From assembly GCA_963516475.1 (NCBI GenBank), contig CAUQBR010000008.1, forward strand, positions 3,315 to 67,314: a DNA stretch of 64,000 nt, given 5' to 3'. Shown here one piece after another: positions 10,610 through 21,078 of the stretch. This DNA comes from an uncultured Flavobacteriaceae bacterium. GTDB taxonomy: Bacteria; Bacteroidota; Bacteroidia; Flavobacteriales; Weeksellaceae. The notes under the pieces were generated by a model, which saw only the letters and a program-made list of their open reading frames with translations, did no database searches and had not been told where the DNA came from. A program made the translations under genes and the position numbers. Each line of letters opens with the position of its first letter. The stretch's first letter is position 1.

Positions 10610-11821
10610 ATGACAACAACAAACAATGCCCAAGGGCAAAAAGAAGTAATCAATGTAGAACCAATAGCAGAAATGCTATCTTACAATGGTAATTATGGTG
10701 AGTATGGTGGAGCTTTCGTTCCTCCTGTTTTAGCGGGACAATTAGAGAAACTAAGCAATTTCTTTGATGAAATTACCAAAACAGATGATTTTAAAAATGA
10801 ATTTATTCAAATTTTAAAAGATTTCGTGGGAAGACCATCCTCTCTTTATTTCGCGAAAAATCTCAGCAATTATGTAGGTTCTAAAATTTACCTCAAAAGA
10901 GAAGACCTAAACCACACAGGTTCTCATAAAATAAATAATGCCATTGGGCAGATTCTTTTAGCGAAGAAAATGGGAGCGAAAGAAGTAATTGCAGAAACAG
11001 GAGCTGGACAGCATGGTGTGGCTACAGCTACGGCTTGTGCTTTATTAAACATTCCTTGCAAAATCTTCATGGGAGCAATAGACATTGAAAGACAACTTCT
11101 AAATGTAAAGAGAATGAGACTTTTAGGAGCGGAAGTTGTTTCATGTGATTCAGGCACAAAAACATTGAAAGATGCGGTGGATAGCGCTTTGGGATATTAT
11201 ATAGAAAATCCAGAGTCTTACTATCTGCTTGGTTCTCATGTAGGCCCGCACCCTTATCCTAAAATCGTGGGATATTTCCAAAGTGTAATCGGAAATGAGG
11301 CAAGACAGCAGATTTTACAGAAAGAAAATCGCCTTCCAGACAGCATTGTCGCTTGTGTAGGTGGTGGTTCTAATGCTATCGGGCTATTTTCAGGGTTTTT
11401 AAATGATGAATCTGTAAAAATATACGGTGCCGAGGGCGGTGGAGAAGATAAAATTTTCCATACTGCGGCTACACTTAACTATGGTAAGCCGATGGTTTTC
11501 CAAGGGACTTTTTCTTACTGCTTAGCTGATGAAAACAATGAACCTATCGCATCAGAGTCCATTGCGGCGGGATTGGATTACCCAGGGATAAGCCCTCAGC
11601 ACGCCTTTCTGAAAGACACCAAAAGAGCTGAATATTTCTCAGTAACGGACAAGGAAGCCATAGAAGCTTTTCAGCTTTTGTCTCGCTTGGAGGGAATTAT
11701 TCCTGCAATAGAATCTTCCCACGCGGTGGCTCTCGCTATAAAATTATTTAAAAATAAAAATCAACTGGTGCTTGTAAATCTCTCTGGAAGAGGCGACAAG
11801 GATGTAGAAAGAGAGCTGTAA
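10610..11821 (+). CDS. trpB: tryptophan synthase beta chain (stand-alone)
   Basis: LKREDLNHTGSHKINN (PLP lysine), ETGAGQHGVATA and GGGSNAIG motifs. Start at ATG 10610, because the track TTG 10568 lies in the terminator T-run. Confidence 0.9.
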   Translation: MTTTNNAQGQKEVINVEPIAEMLSYNGNYGEYGGAFVPPVLAGQLEKLSNFFDEITKTDDFKNEFIQILKDFVGRPSSLYFAKNLSNYVGSKIYLKREDLNHTGSHKINNAIGQILLAKKMGAKEVIAETGAGQHGVATATACALLNIPCKIFMGAIDIERQLLNVKRMRLLGAEVVSCDSGTKTLKDAVDSALGYYIENPESYYLLGSHVGPHPYPKIVGYFQSVIGNEARQQILQKENRLPDSIVACVGGGSNAIGLFSGFLNDESVKIYGAEGGGEDKIFHTAATLNYGKPMVFQGTFSYCLADENNEPIASESIAAGLDYPGISPQHAFLKDTKRAEYFSVTDKEAIEAFQLLSRLEGIIPAIESSHAVALAIKLFKNKNQLVLVNLSGRGDKDVEREL

Positions 11822-11832
11822 CCAATTGGACA

Positions 11833-11864
11833 AAAAAGTAACTTAAATTAAGTTACTTTTTTTG
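11833..11864 (+). terminator. rho-independent terminator after trpB
   Basis: 13-bp stem AAAAAGTAACTTA (11833-11845) / TAAGTTACTTTTT (11849-11861), running into a T-run. Confidence 0.75.
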
Positions 11865-11906
11865 TTATCATAATAAAAAAACTAAATTTGTCCAAAATCT
11901 AAAAAT

Positions 11907-13211
11907 ATGATAAGAAAAATTTTGTTGATAAGTCTCGGTTTTTCGGTGTTTGCATCGGCACAGAAAATAGAAAACGCAGAAAATCTGGCACCTTTCTTTG
12001 ATAAACTCAATAAATATGAATCCGTTACGAATGTCCTTTTCATCGGAGATTCTCACATTCAGTCAGGGCATATTTCAGAATATTTAAGAAAAAAATTCCA
12101 AAATAAATACGGCAACGCAGGGCGAGGAACGGTTTTCCCATATCCTTTGGCAAACTCAAACGGAGCGGTTGATTTCACGGCTTATTCCAACCAGGCTTGG
12201 CAGACTTTCCGCCTGGTCTATGAGCAGGATGTTTATCCACAAATGGGAGCTTTGGGCTTTGTGATGGGAAACAGCGGAAATTCTTTCATTGAAATCAACT
12301 TTAGTGACCCAAAAGACAGCTTTGATGAAGTGAAAATCTTTAATGATAATGCTTTGACAGGCGAAAATTTCACTATTTTCAAAACTTCTCAAAGTCTGAA
12401 AAACTTTATAAAACCGAAGAAAACGATTTTGAATTATCAAGTTCAAAATGGCGATACTTTCCCTGAAATCGCGGCTAAATTTAATGTAATTACCACCCGA
12501 CTGGTTCAGTTAAATGGCAACAATGTCCGAAATGCAAAAGCTGGACAAACCATAAAAGTGGAAAATGTAGAAATTCTGTACGACAAGCAGTTTGAGGAAA
12601 ACCTCACTCCCATAGGAAAAGGACAATTTGCGGAAAACAGCACCAGTTTTAAGTTTAAAAATCCCACTCAGGAATTCATCATCAATATGAATGGAAAAAA
12701 AGGAAACATTCTGCATGGTTTTCAGTTCCTGAAATCCACTGCTAGAAATGGTGTGGTTTTCAATACGGTGGGTGTAAATGGCGCTACTTATGCCGATTTC
12801 TTGAAATATTCTTTGCAAACTAAACAATTAAAATCTCTAAATATTGATGTCCTGATTATTGCGCTGGGAACCAATGAATCCCTGAGCAACATCACAAAAC
12901 AGGAATTCAAAGACACGGCTAAAAAGCTTATCAACACTTGGAGAGCTGAAAATCCCAACTTCCCTATTCTTCTAATTTCTCCAACGGATAATAAAATAAA
13001 ATCCGCAAAAGCGAAAGAAATTTCTTCTTGGATAAAAGAAGTTGCCGCTGAAAACAAAACTTCATTCCTTGACCTGCATACCAAAATGGGCGGAACAGGG
13101 TATTTCCAAAAGGCTCTACAGCGAAAAGAAGCCAACGCTGACGGTGTTCATTTCCTAAAACCTGGTTATGAAAAACAAGCTGAAATAATCTGGAATGAGC
13201 TAATAAAATAA
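11907..13211 (+). CDS. secreted SGNH/GDSL hydrolase with a LysM domain
   Basis: Signal peptide. GDS motif (FIGDSH). LysM-like segment [36 protein letters not shown]-terminal DGVH motif. Confidence 0.7.
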   Translation: MIRKILLISLGFSVFASAQKIENAENLAPFFDKLNKYESVTNVLFIGDSHIQSGHISEYLRKKFQNKYGNAGRGTVFPYPLANSNGAVDFTAYSNQAWQTFRLVYEQDVYPQMGALGFVMGNSGNSFIEINFSDPKDSFDEVKIFNDNALTGENFTIFKTSQSLKNFIKPKKTILNYQVQNGDTFPEIAAKFNVITTRLVQLNGNNVRNAKAGQTIKVENVEILYDKQFEENLTPIGKGQFAENSTSFKFKNPTQEFIINMNGKKGNILHGFQFLKSTARNGVVFNTVGVNGATYADFLKYSLQTKQLKSLNIDVLIIALGTNESLSNITKQEFKDTAKKLINTWRAENPNFPILLISPTDNKIKSAKAKEISSWIKEVAAENKTSFLDLHTKMGGTGYFQKALQRKEANADGVHFLKPGYEKQAEIIWNELIK

Positions 13212-13221
13212 GTTATTTTTC

Positions 13222-13229
13222 TATCTTTG
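13222..13229 (+). promoter_or_regulatory. candidate -7 box (TAnnTTTG) for tpx
   Basis: TATCTTTG lies 23 nt upstream of ATG 13252. Confidence 0.45.
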
Positions 13230-13251
13230 TAACGAACTAAAATTTTTAAAA

Positions 13252-13749
13252 ATGGCAAAAATATCATTAGGAGGAAGTCCTATCAATACATTAGGCGAGC
13301 TTCCAAAAGTAGGCGAAAACGCAAAAAATTTCACACTCGTAGCTGCTGATTTAGCTGAAAAATCTTTATCTGATTTTAGTGGTAAAAGAGTGGTTCTCAA
13401 CATCTTCCCAAGTATCGATACAGGAGTGTGTGCTGCTTCGGTAAGAAAATTCAACCAAGAGGCTTCATCTCTAAACAACACCGTGGTAATCAATATTTCA
13501 AAAGATTTACCCTTTGCACTTAATAGATTTTGCGCTTCCGAAGGTTTAGAAAATGTTATCAATTTATCTGATTTCAGAGGAAATTTTTCAGATGACTATC
13601 AATTATTAATAACAGATGGACCTCTAAAAGGACTATGCAGCCGAGCTGTAATCATCGTAGATGAAAACGGAAAAATCATTTACACAGAGCAGGTTTCAGA
13701 AATCAAGCAAGAGCCTGATTATGAAAGAGCAATCGCAGTTCTGAAATAA
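13252..13749 (+). CDS. tpx: thiol peroxidase
   Basis: [10 protein letters not shown] peroxidatic Cys motif and a resolving Cys (RFCASEG). 165 aa. Confidence 0.9.
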   Translation: MAKISLGGSPINTLGELPKVGENAKNFTLVAADLAEKSLSDFSGKRVVLNIFPSIDTGVCAASVRKFNQEASSLNNTVVINISKDLPFALNRFCASEGLENVINLSDFRGNFSDDYQLLITDGPLKGLCSRAVIIVDENGKIIYTEQVSEIKQEPDYERAIAVLK

Positions 13750-13764
13750 AAAAACAACTAAAAA

Positions 13765-13800
13765 AATCCCTAACTCAAATTTGAATTAGGGATTTTTCTT
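13765..13800. terminator. bidirectional terminator between tpx and dacB
   Basis: Stem AATCCCTAA (13765-13773) / TTAGGGATT (13786-13794), flanked by an A-run and a T-run. Confidence 0.75.
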
Positions 13801-13802
13801 TT

Positions 13803-15242
13803 TTAGAAATCAATGATTGGAGCCAAGATTTTTTCCATCTTCTGTTTTACCTGTCCCACACTTCCACTGTAATTATTTATCAAAAGGGAAAAAGTCAAAA
13901 GTTTTCCGCTTTTAGTTTTGATATATCCTGCCAATGTTTTTACCCTATTGAGTGTTCCTGTTTTAGCAAAAACCTGCCCAAAGGAATCTGAATTTCTAAA
14001 CATTGATTTTAAAGTACCTGTCTGTCCGCCGATAGGTAAGGATTTAAAATAAGAATCAAAATGCTTGTCATCCATCAAAGAGGATAAAAACTTAACCTGA
14101 GAAATAGGTGTCACTACATTAGAACGAGAAAGTCCGCTTCCATCGGCATAATTAAACCCTTGAAAATCAAACATTTTCTTGGAAAGATGTTTATTCATCA
14201 TCGTTCTTCCTGTATCTAGAGAAAAATCTCCATATTTATAGAAACCTGTAGTCTTCAGCAATGCTTCTGACATGTGGTTGTTACTAGTCTGGTTGATGAA
14301 ATAGACCATATCCTCCAATTTTGGAGACTGATATGCCATTATCTTTTTCCTTTCTTCAGAAAGATTTTGCTCTGGTTCAGACTGGTTTACTACTCTTCCT
14401 TCTGTAATGATTCCATTTTTAGCAAGACTTGCTTTCAAATTGTTACCCAAATACGCTGGAGTATCTGGTAATTTTGTTGAAAGAGCAATTCCTCCAAAAT
14501 TCTCTGTATAAACCATTTCTTGGGTAAATGGGGATAGGTAGACAAATTTCTGATCCTCAGGATTTTTCCTTCCCAAAAGTCTCTCTTGTCTTGGGTCTGT
14601 ATCATTAGTACTTCCCATCGGTACAAAATATCCTCTACTTCCTTTCCAAACAATATTTGCCGGGAGAACCAATGTTTTATTACTCTTAAAAACGGCTGTT
14701 TTTAAAACAATATCTCCTTTTACTCGTTTTATCCCTAAATCTTTTACAGACCTTACGAAATCACTCACCAAAGCCCCATAGGTGGATGCTCCTGCCCTAC
14801 CCGTTCCTAATGAAGGGTCTCCACTTCCTACTATGTATAGGTTTCCGTTTAGAATTCCCTGCTCATCTATAGAACCAGAATGCTCCAACTGTGTAACCCA
14901 TTGATAATCTTTACCAAACAAGGACATCGCTGCATCTGTAGTCAATAATTTTGTAGTGGAAGCAGGAATCAATGATGCATTTTCGTTATATGAATTGATA
15001 ATTTTTTTCTTTTTCGGGTCATAAACTACGAAGCCCCACTGCGCATTTCGCATTACTGGGTCATTAAACATAGATGCTATATTGCTATTCAACTGTTCCT
15101 CTGGTGTCAAAGGAGTTGGAGGTGGAGTTTCTATCACAATACTCTCTCCTGATACAGGTGGTAAAAGTGGATTATTCTGTGCGCAAACTCCCAGCGGAAG
15201 CAGCATCGTAGAAACTGTTGTTATTTTTACAAACTTTTTCAT
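13803..15242 (-). CDS. dacB: D-alanyl-D-alanine carboxypeptidase/endopeptidase (PBP4, peptidase S13)
   Basis: Signal peptide. SxxK (ASTTKLL). KTG (AKTGTL). Confidence 0.85.
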   Translation of the reverse strand: MKKFVKITTVSTMLLPLGVCAQNNPLLPPVSGESIVIETPPPTPLTPEEQLNSNIASMFNDPVMRNAQWGFVVYDPKKKKIINSYNENASLIPASTTKLLTTDAAMSLFGKDYQWVTQLEHSGSIDEQGILNGNLYIVGSGDPSLGTGRAGASTYGALVSDFVRSVKDLGIKRVKGDIVLKTAVFKSNKTLVLPANIVWKGSRGYFVPMGSTNDTDPRQERLLGRKNPEDQKFVYLSPFTQEMVYTENFGGIALSTKLPDTPAYLGNNLKASLAKNGIITEGRVVNQSEPEQNLSEERKKIMAYQSPKLEDMVYFINQTSNNHMSEALLKTTGFYKYGDFSLDTGRTMMNKHLSKKMFDFQGFNYADGSGLSRSNVVTPISQVKFLSSLMDDKHFDSYFKSLPIGGQTGTLKSMFRNSDSFGQVFAKTGTLNRVKTLAGYIKTKSGKLLTFSLLINNYSGSVGQVKQKMEKILAPIIDF

Positions 15243-15354
15243 TGCATTTATTTTTTTGATGTTTAATTGACTATTGCCAATATTAAAAACAAGTAAAGTT
15301 AATAATTATTGTTCAAATTAAAGAATATTTCATTATAAATTTTGTTAATTTTCC

Positions 15355-17820
15355 TTAAAAATCAATATAGGTTTTTAGCTTTACGCTTTTATAAGCGGCT
15401 ATTTCATCGAATTCTTTTAGCGATATAGCTACTATTTTTTTATAGTCATTATATTTTTTGGAACGAGGTAATTTTAATAAAATCTGAAACTGATACAGAT
15501 TATTTATCTTGCCGATAGGTGCTATTTCTGGCCCTAAAACACACTCCTCTGGGAGATATTTTCTTAGAATATATCCGAGGAATTTAGCTGCTCTTTCCAG
15601 TTTGTCTTCTCGTCTGTGTTTCAGCTCTATAAAGATAAGTTTCACAAACGGTGGATAATGAAATTTCTTCCTTTCTCCCAATAAATGTTCATAAATTTTC
15701 TCGAGATTATTTTCTCTAATCAGCTTAAAAATAGGCTTTTGCGGCTCGTAAGTCTGTATCAGAACTTTTCCATTTCCAGAAGTTCGCCCTGCTCTTCCTG
15801 CCACTTGGGTAATGAGCTGATAGGCTCTTTCCTCTATCCTAAAATCCTGAATATGAAGCAGTGAATCTGCCCTTGGAATGGCAATCAGCTCAATATTAGG
15901 AAAATCTAAACCCTTGGAAACCATCTGTGTACCGATGATGATGTCCGTTTCGCCATTTTCTATTTTTTCGTAAAGTTTTTCGTAGGCAAATTTCTTCCGC
16001 ATGGAGTCCACATCCATTCGGTCTATCCTGCTATTGGGAAAAATCTTATTCAGCTCCTCCTCTACCTGCTCGATTCCTATTCCGCGAATACTAATATTTT
16101 CCGAATGACATTTAGGGCAAAATTTAGGTTTAGAAGCTCTTTGACCGCAGTAGTGGCATTTTAGCTGGTCTTCGGTTTTGTGATAAGTCATCACCACATC
16201 ACAGTTTCCACAGTAGGTAACATGCCCACAGCTTTTGCATTCTGACACATTGGCATAGCCTCGCCTATTATGCAGAACTATGGTTTGTTTCTGATTATCA
16301 AGCTGATGCCTGATTTCCCTTATCATTCTTTGAGAGAAATTTCCTACCACACTTTTCATGTCCATGGCTGATTTGAAATCTATCAATTCATAAATAGGAA
16401 GTGCCGTACCGCCAAATCTTTCTCCGAGATAAATATAGCACAGTTTGTCTTTTCGAGCGTTGTAATATGTTTCTAATGAAGGAGTTGCAGAACCCAAAAT
16501 CACATTCGCCTGATAAAATTTAGCCAAAACCAAAGCTGCATCTTTCGCATTGAAGAAGAAAAAAGCATCTTTCTGTTTGTAGGCGCTGTCGTGCTCCTCA
16601 TCTACGATAATCAGACCCAAATTCTGAAAAGGAAGGAAAAGCGAATTTCTGGTTCCTATCAGGATTTTGATTTCGTTATTTTTTATTTTTCGCCAAACTT
16701 CTACTTTCTCAAAATCACTTAGTTTGCTGTTATAAAACCCTAAATTTTTTCCATATTTCTTCTCCAATCGCTGGGTAATCTGTTGATTGAGAGCGATTTC
16801 TGGAACGAGAAAAAGAACATTTTTCCCACTTCTGATGCAGTCTTCTATTTTTTCCAAATAAACATGCGTTTTCCCAGAAGAGGTAACGCCGTGGAGAAGC
16901 ACATTTTTGCCCTCCGAAAAGGCTTGGTCTATCTGATTTTTAGCTTCCTGCTGGTGTGGAGTGAGTTTTTCTATTTCCTCCAATTCTCCGCTGTATTGCT
17001 GGATTCTATCAACTTCTAAAAAATATTCCTCTACGATTTTTTTATCCAAAAGAGGCTTTAGATGAGATGAACCAAAATTTCCTTTTTCAAAAATATCAGA
17101 TTTTTTAACCAGCTGATTTTCAGCTTTTTTTTGTTCAGATAAAATTAAAAGAAAAAGTTCCTTCTGCTTTTTAGCTCTATCCAATAGGGAAAGCGTGTTT
17201 GCGAGATTTTCTCCCTGCAAAACCTCATCATTTATTTTTAGATAAGAAGCTTCTTTTATCTTGTATTTTTCGGTAATTTTTTCATCTATGATGATGAGTC
17301 TCTGGTCTATGAGGGAGTTGATGGTTTTGATGATTTCTTTTTTGGGAATAAAGGCTTCTATTTCCTGTAAATTCAGCACTTTTTTAACCTCCAAGGCTTG
17401 GATAAGATAGATTTCATTTGCCTCTAAATCTTCAAAATTCACCTGCTGGCTGTCATTGAGTTTTATGTATGTTTCACTTTCTAATTTCAATGAAGACGGA
17501 AAAGCGAAACGATAGATTTCACCGATGTTACAGAGATAATATTCGGACATCCAGCTCCAAAAATCCAGCTGCTCCTGCGGAACGATAGGAACATTGTCCA
17601 AAACGCTGATGATATCCTTTGTCTTAAAGGTTTCTGGAGCATTCTGATGAATTTCAGAAACGATTCCTGTATAAATCTTTTTGCCGCCGAAAGGAACCAG
17701 CACCCGCTTACCCACCTCCATAAAATCCACCAAATCATCGGGAACTTTGTAAGTGAAAGTCCCTGAAAGATTGAGCGGAAGTATGATTTGAGCGTAATAC
17801 AAATTTGATTTTATTTGCAA
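15355..17820 (-). CDS. priA: primosomal protein N' (replication restart helicase)
   Basis: Walker A GVTSSGKT, DEEHD box and a Cys-rich zinc finger (CKSCGH..CGNC..CHYCG..CPKC). Start is TTG at 17820 or the in-frame TTG at 17802. Confidence 0.93.
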   Translation of the reverse strand: MQIKSNLYYAQIILPLNLSGTFTYKVPDDLVDFMEVGKRVLVPFGGKKIYTGIVSEIHQNAPETFKTKDIISVLDNVPIVPQEQLDFWSWMSEYYLCNIGEIYRFAFPSSLKLESETYIKLNDSQQVNFEDLEANEIYLIQALEVKKVLNLQEIEAFIPKKEIIKTINSLIDQRLIIIDEKITEKYKIKEASYLKINDEVLQGENLANTLSLLDRAKKQKELFLLILSEQKKAENQLVKKSDIFEKGNFGSSHLKPLLDKKIVEEYFLEVDRIQQYSGELEEIEKLTPHQQEAKNQIDQAFSEGKNVLLHGVTSSGKTHVYLEKIEDCIRSGKNVLFLVPEIALNQQITQRLEKKYGKNLGFYNSKLSDFEKVEVWRKIKNNEIKILIGTRNSLFLPFQNLGLIIVDEEHDSAYKQKDAFFFFNAKDAALVLAKFYQANVILGSATPSLETYYNARKDKLCYIYLGERFGGTALPIYELIDFKSAMDMKSVVGNFSQRMIREIRHQLDNQKQTIVLHNRRGYANVSECKSCGHVTYCGNCDVVMTYHKTEDQLKCHYCGQRASKPKFCPKCHSENISIRGIGIEQVEEELNKIFPNSRIDRMDVDSMRKKFAYEKLYEKIENGETDIIIGTQMVSKGLDFPNIELIAIPRADSLLHIQDFRIEERAYQLITQVAGRAGRTSGNGKVLIQTYEPQKPIFKLIRENNLEKIYEHLLGERKKFHYPPFVKLIFIELKHRREDKLERAAKFLGYILRKYLPEECVLGPEIAPIGKINNLYQFQILLKLPRSKKYNDYKKIVAISLKEFDEIAAYKSVKLKTYIDF

Positions 17821-17831
17821 AAATAATGAAA

Positions 17832-17864
17832 TAAAAAGCAGTTAGAAAATATTTTCCAACTGCT
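17832..17864 (-). terminator. terminator after the beta-barrel protein gene
   Basis: Stem AGCAGTT (17837-17843) / AACTGCT (17858-17864). T-run on the minus strand (17832-17836). Confidence 0.55.
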
Positions 17865-17889
17865 CTAAAAAATTCTTGACTATTTATTC

Positions 17890-18657
17890 TTAAAATTTGT
17901 ATCCAAATCCTAAGTTCAAGTAAATGTTATGCAACGCAAAACTAATTGATCTAAATTCGGATTTAAATATTCCATTGATTCCGTAGTTCAGCTCTGGGAA
18001 TAGAATGAAATGTTTGTTCAGATGCCATTCTGCTCCTAACTGCCCTCCCCATTGGAATAATCTCAAATCATTAGAGAAGTTATAGTTTGCTTTTGTTCCG
18101 TTTTCAAAGACAACTTTTGTCCCAATCGGTGTATCTTGGCGAAGGTATCCATCAGAAACATAACCGCTAAAATTTTTATCAACTAAAATGCTGGCATACA
18201 GACCTCCATAAAGTTTCCATCTCGGAGAAACCTTATAAACCACTGATACAGGCATCGTTACATAAGTGTTTTTAATATCAGTTTCTACCGTTCCTGTAAA
18301 ATAACCCTTTATTTTTTCATCATTTTGAATTACTTCTGTAAAGTAGCTTTTCACAACCGCTTCTGTTTTCATTCCCTTCCCTTCGGTACGGATTCCCACT
18401 CGGATACCCCATTTCTTGTTATCAGATACCCATTTAGTAGCATCCGCCTCTAATCCAAGAACCAAAGTAGGATTATAATGAGTGATTTTTCTAATTTCCC
18501 TTGGGATACCTAGCGGTGTACTTCCTCCTATACTGAAATTAGCCTTCACCTGATATTCCATATCCCTTGTGAAAAAATTTCCATTCTCATTTTCTTGGGC
18601 AAAGCTAAAAGAACTAATACCAAAAGTAGCCAAAACAGCTAAAAATATCTTTTTCAT
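17890..18657 (-). CDS. outer-membrane beta-barrel protein (porin-family-like)
   Basis: Signal peptide ending SFAQ. Alternating hydrophobic strands. C-terminal GFGYKF with a terminal Phe. Confidence 0.55.
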   Translation of the reverse strand: MKKIFLAVLATFGISSFSFAQENENGNFFTRDMEYQVKANFSIGGSTPLGIPREIRKITHYNPTLVLGLEADATKWVSDNKKWGIRVGIRTEGKGMKTEAVVKSYFTEVIQNDEKIKGYFTGTVETDIKNTYVTMPVSVVYKVSPRWKLYGGLYASILVDKNFSGYVSDGYLRQDTPIGTKVVFENGTKANYNFSNDLRLFQWGGQLGAEWHLNKHFILFPELNYGINGIFKSEFRSISFALHNIYLNLGFGYKF

Positions 18658-18681
18658 TAGATTATTTCTTGTTTAAATTAT

Positions 18682-19776
18682 TTATTCTGTAATGATTTTT
18701 ACCTCATCAATATCCAATGTACTTCCTACCGCACCATTGTATTTATCTCCTTCTATACTAGATGTAAATACTATCGTAAACATATATTCCTTAGTAGGGT
18801 CAAAGGATTTTCCACTCACAAGCTCAAAAGGAATTTCAAATCTTGTCCATTGGCTGGTTTCTATTCTGTGTTCATTTTTTAGTTTAGCTACACTTACCAT
18901 TCTTGCATCTGCAAAATTGTGGTCACCTAATAAATAGTTATTGGTATTTCTCTTTTCAAATAAAATAGCATATGCATTCCATGCATCTCTTGTCAATGTG
19001 CTGGTTCTGTCAGTTTTAGTTAATCTATTACCTGCTGTATATTTAAAATATCCTGTAATAGCCTTAGGGGCTTTATTTAGAGTGTAAGGAATACCAAATT
19101 TAGTAGATTTAATGGCAGGATATGCAAACTGGAAATATCCTAAAAATGCACTTCCAGCTGCCAGAGGGCTTCCAAACATTCTTCCAAGGAAACCAGTGTC
19201 TCTTGTTATCATTCTTATTCCTTTGCCTCTGTATCCATCGGCAATCTGTAGGGTAGGATATGTATCAGCACTTCCGCCTGAATTTACAAAACTATATCCT
19301 TCATTTCCACTGCTCCAGTTATATAGTTTTTGTCCACTATTTAGTAATTCATAGAATTTTTGATAGTGAGATGCCCCGTCCTCTTCCGCATTTTCAAAGG
19401 AGTAATTAGTAACGAAAGCATTGGCATCTGTTATGAAAGAAATAGTGTACTGTCTGCTCCACGCTCCGTCTTGGGAGGTTACTGTATAAGTCTGTGGTAG
19501 CGTAAAATCCAGTTCTGTCCCACTCGCTGGAGAGATAGTTGCTCCATCCGATAGCTTAAATTCTGGAGCGAATTTATAACTTCCAGAAAATGTTTTCATT
19601 CTGAAAGTAATGTTATTACTCTCTATCACTGGTTGTGTTTGTAACAAACTTTCTGCATTAGCAATTGTTACACTTTCAATGTCGGCTTCCATATTGGGTG
19701 CTTCTTCGCGGATACAAGAGTTGAACAACAACCCTGCGGATACCACCACAGTAGGAATTAATCTACTTAATTTCAT
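18682..19776 (-). CDS. lipoprotein, possibly PCMD-domain (putative carbohydrate metabolism domain) family
   Basis: Lipobox LLFNSC. Family assignment is from memory of PCMD-like C-terminal features only. Gene is 24 nt upstream of the beta-barrel gene. Confidence 0.45.
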   Translation of the reverse strand: MKLSRLIPTVVVSAGLLFNSCIREEAPNMEADIESVTIANAESLLQTQPVIESNNITFRMKTFSGSYKFAPEFKLSDGATISPASGTELDFTLPQTYTVTSQDGAWSRQYTISFITDANAFVTNYSFENAEEDGASHYQKFYELLNSGQKLYNWSSGNEGYSFVNSGGSADTYPTLQIADGYRGKGIRMITRDTGFLGRMFGSPLAAGSAFLGYFQFAYPAIKSTKFGIPYTLNKAPKAITGYFKYTAGNRLTKTDRTSTLTRDAWNAYAILFEKRNTNNYLLGDHNFADARMVSVAKLKNEHRIETSQWTRFEIPFELVSGKSFDPTKEYMFTIVFTSSIEGDKYNGAVGSTLDIDEVKIITE

Positions 19777-19903
19777 TTTATTTATAATTTTTTTTATTAA
19801 ATCTTAAGAGTTTTGTAAGTCATAGAAGGACTTTTGTCTTACACTTGCTAAAGAAATGAGAGTGCAAAGTTAAAAAAATCATAAAAAACAAGAAAATATT
19901 CAT

Positions 19904-19929
19904 AAAAAAATTAGCCTTTTTAGGGCTAA
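19904..19929 (-). terminator. weak terminator after the secreted-paralog array
   Basis: Stem TTAGCC (19911-19916) / GGCTAA (19924-19929), with a minus-strand T7 run (19904-19910). Confidence 0.45.
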
Positions 19930-19957
19930 CTTTCATTTTAATGCTTCATAAAAACCT

Positions 19958-20500
19958 TTATTCATCGGTTTTTCCTTTTATTTCTCGGTAAGAATACTTG
20001 CAGTTTTTGAAGATTTCTGACCATTTTTTAACAAACGCTATGGAAAGTTTCTTTTCCTTCACTGATACAAAGACTATACAGACCGTATCATAGCCCATAA
20101 AAACATAATATAATTCTGATTCTACCTTATGTGGAAGCTTTTCTGCCCGTATATTTTCTATTTTGAAAATCGCTGTTTTTCTGTCTTTGCTTATCTCCAA
20201 AACTTTCATTTTGGCATTAGGTGCATTATTCTCAAAAGTATCTTTATAAGTATCTATGACATCTGCCACATCGTTTTCTGCAGCATAGTACAGATAGAGT
20301 ATTCTTCCCTTTATAGTCCAGTTGTTTTCGCTCTCTTTATCAGGAATATATGCCACTAATCGGCTGGTTAATCCTTTTTTATCATAGAGCTGTTTCCATT
20401 TTTGTTCTTTTGGCCAAGGAACTTCCAATGTTTCCTCTATTTCCTGCCCAAAAAACATTCCTGAGAATAATATCAAACATAAAAAAATTAACTTTTTCAT
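19958..20500 (-). CDS. secreted protein of unknown function, paralog 1 of 3
   Basis: Signal peptide MKKLIFLCLILFSGMFFGQ. Shares W-P-K-E..W, ENNWTI and VKEKxLS..FxKKWSxxFK blocks with the 20530-21066 product. Confidence 0.7.
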   Translation of the reverse strand: MKKLIFLCLILFSGMFFGQEIEETLEVPWPKEQKWKQLYDKKGLTSRLVAYIPDKESENNWTIKGRILYLYYAAENDVADVIDTYKDTFENNAPNAKMKVLEISKDRKTAIFKIENIRAEKLPHKVESELYYVFMGYDTVCIVFVSVKEKKLSIAFVKKWSEIFKNCKYSYREIKGKTDE

Positions 20501-20529
20501 TTTATTAAAATTTAGATTTATACTATAAA

Positions 20530-21066
20530 CTATTGTGTTTTATCTGAATACTCATAAAAAAACTCTCCACTTTTAAAAACTTTGCTCCATTTTTTTATAA
20601 ATTCTTTGGAAAGTGTTTTTTCTTTTACTGCAATCATAACTTGATAAAGAGTATTTTCTTTTTGTATAATATATAATAATACAGAATCAGATTCAGCTTC
20701 CAAAGATGGAGAAGGATTTTCTATTTTAGAAATAAACCAAAAGTTCTTCTCTTCATTACTTTTTTCTAAAAGTGTAAATTTTGCAGAAGGAATTTGTTTA
20801 GAAAAATTATTTTCATAATGTTTTATAATAAAATCTACATTAGAAAGAGGAGTATTTCTAAAAATCATTGAGCTACAACGAATAGTCCAATTATTTTCGT
20901 TTTCATTTTTAGGAATAAGTATAATGAAATCAGTTTTATCACTTTCATAATTATGAACCACTTTCCATTCATATTCCTTCGGCCAGTCTATTTTTAAGAC
21001 CTCCTTTTTCTGTCCGAAAAATATCCCTGAGAATAATACCAAACATAAAAAAACTAATTTTTTCAT
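20530..21066 (-). CDS. secreted protein of unknown function, paralog 2 of 3
   Basis: Signal peptide MKKLVFLCLVLFSGIFFGQ. The signal-peptide coding DNA is nearly identical to that of paralog 1. Confidence 0.7.
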   Translation of the reverse strand: MKKLVFLCLVLFSGIFFGQKKEVLKIDWPKEYEWKVVHNYESDKTDFIILIPKNENENNWTIRCSSMIFRNTPLSNVDFIIKHYENNFSKQIPSAKFTLLEKSNEEKNFWFISKIENPSPSLEAESDSVLLYIIQKENTLYQVMIAVKEKTLSKEFIKKWSKVFKSGEFFYEYSDKTQ

Positions 21067-21078
21067 TTTATTAAAATT

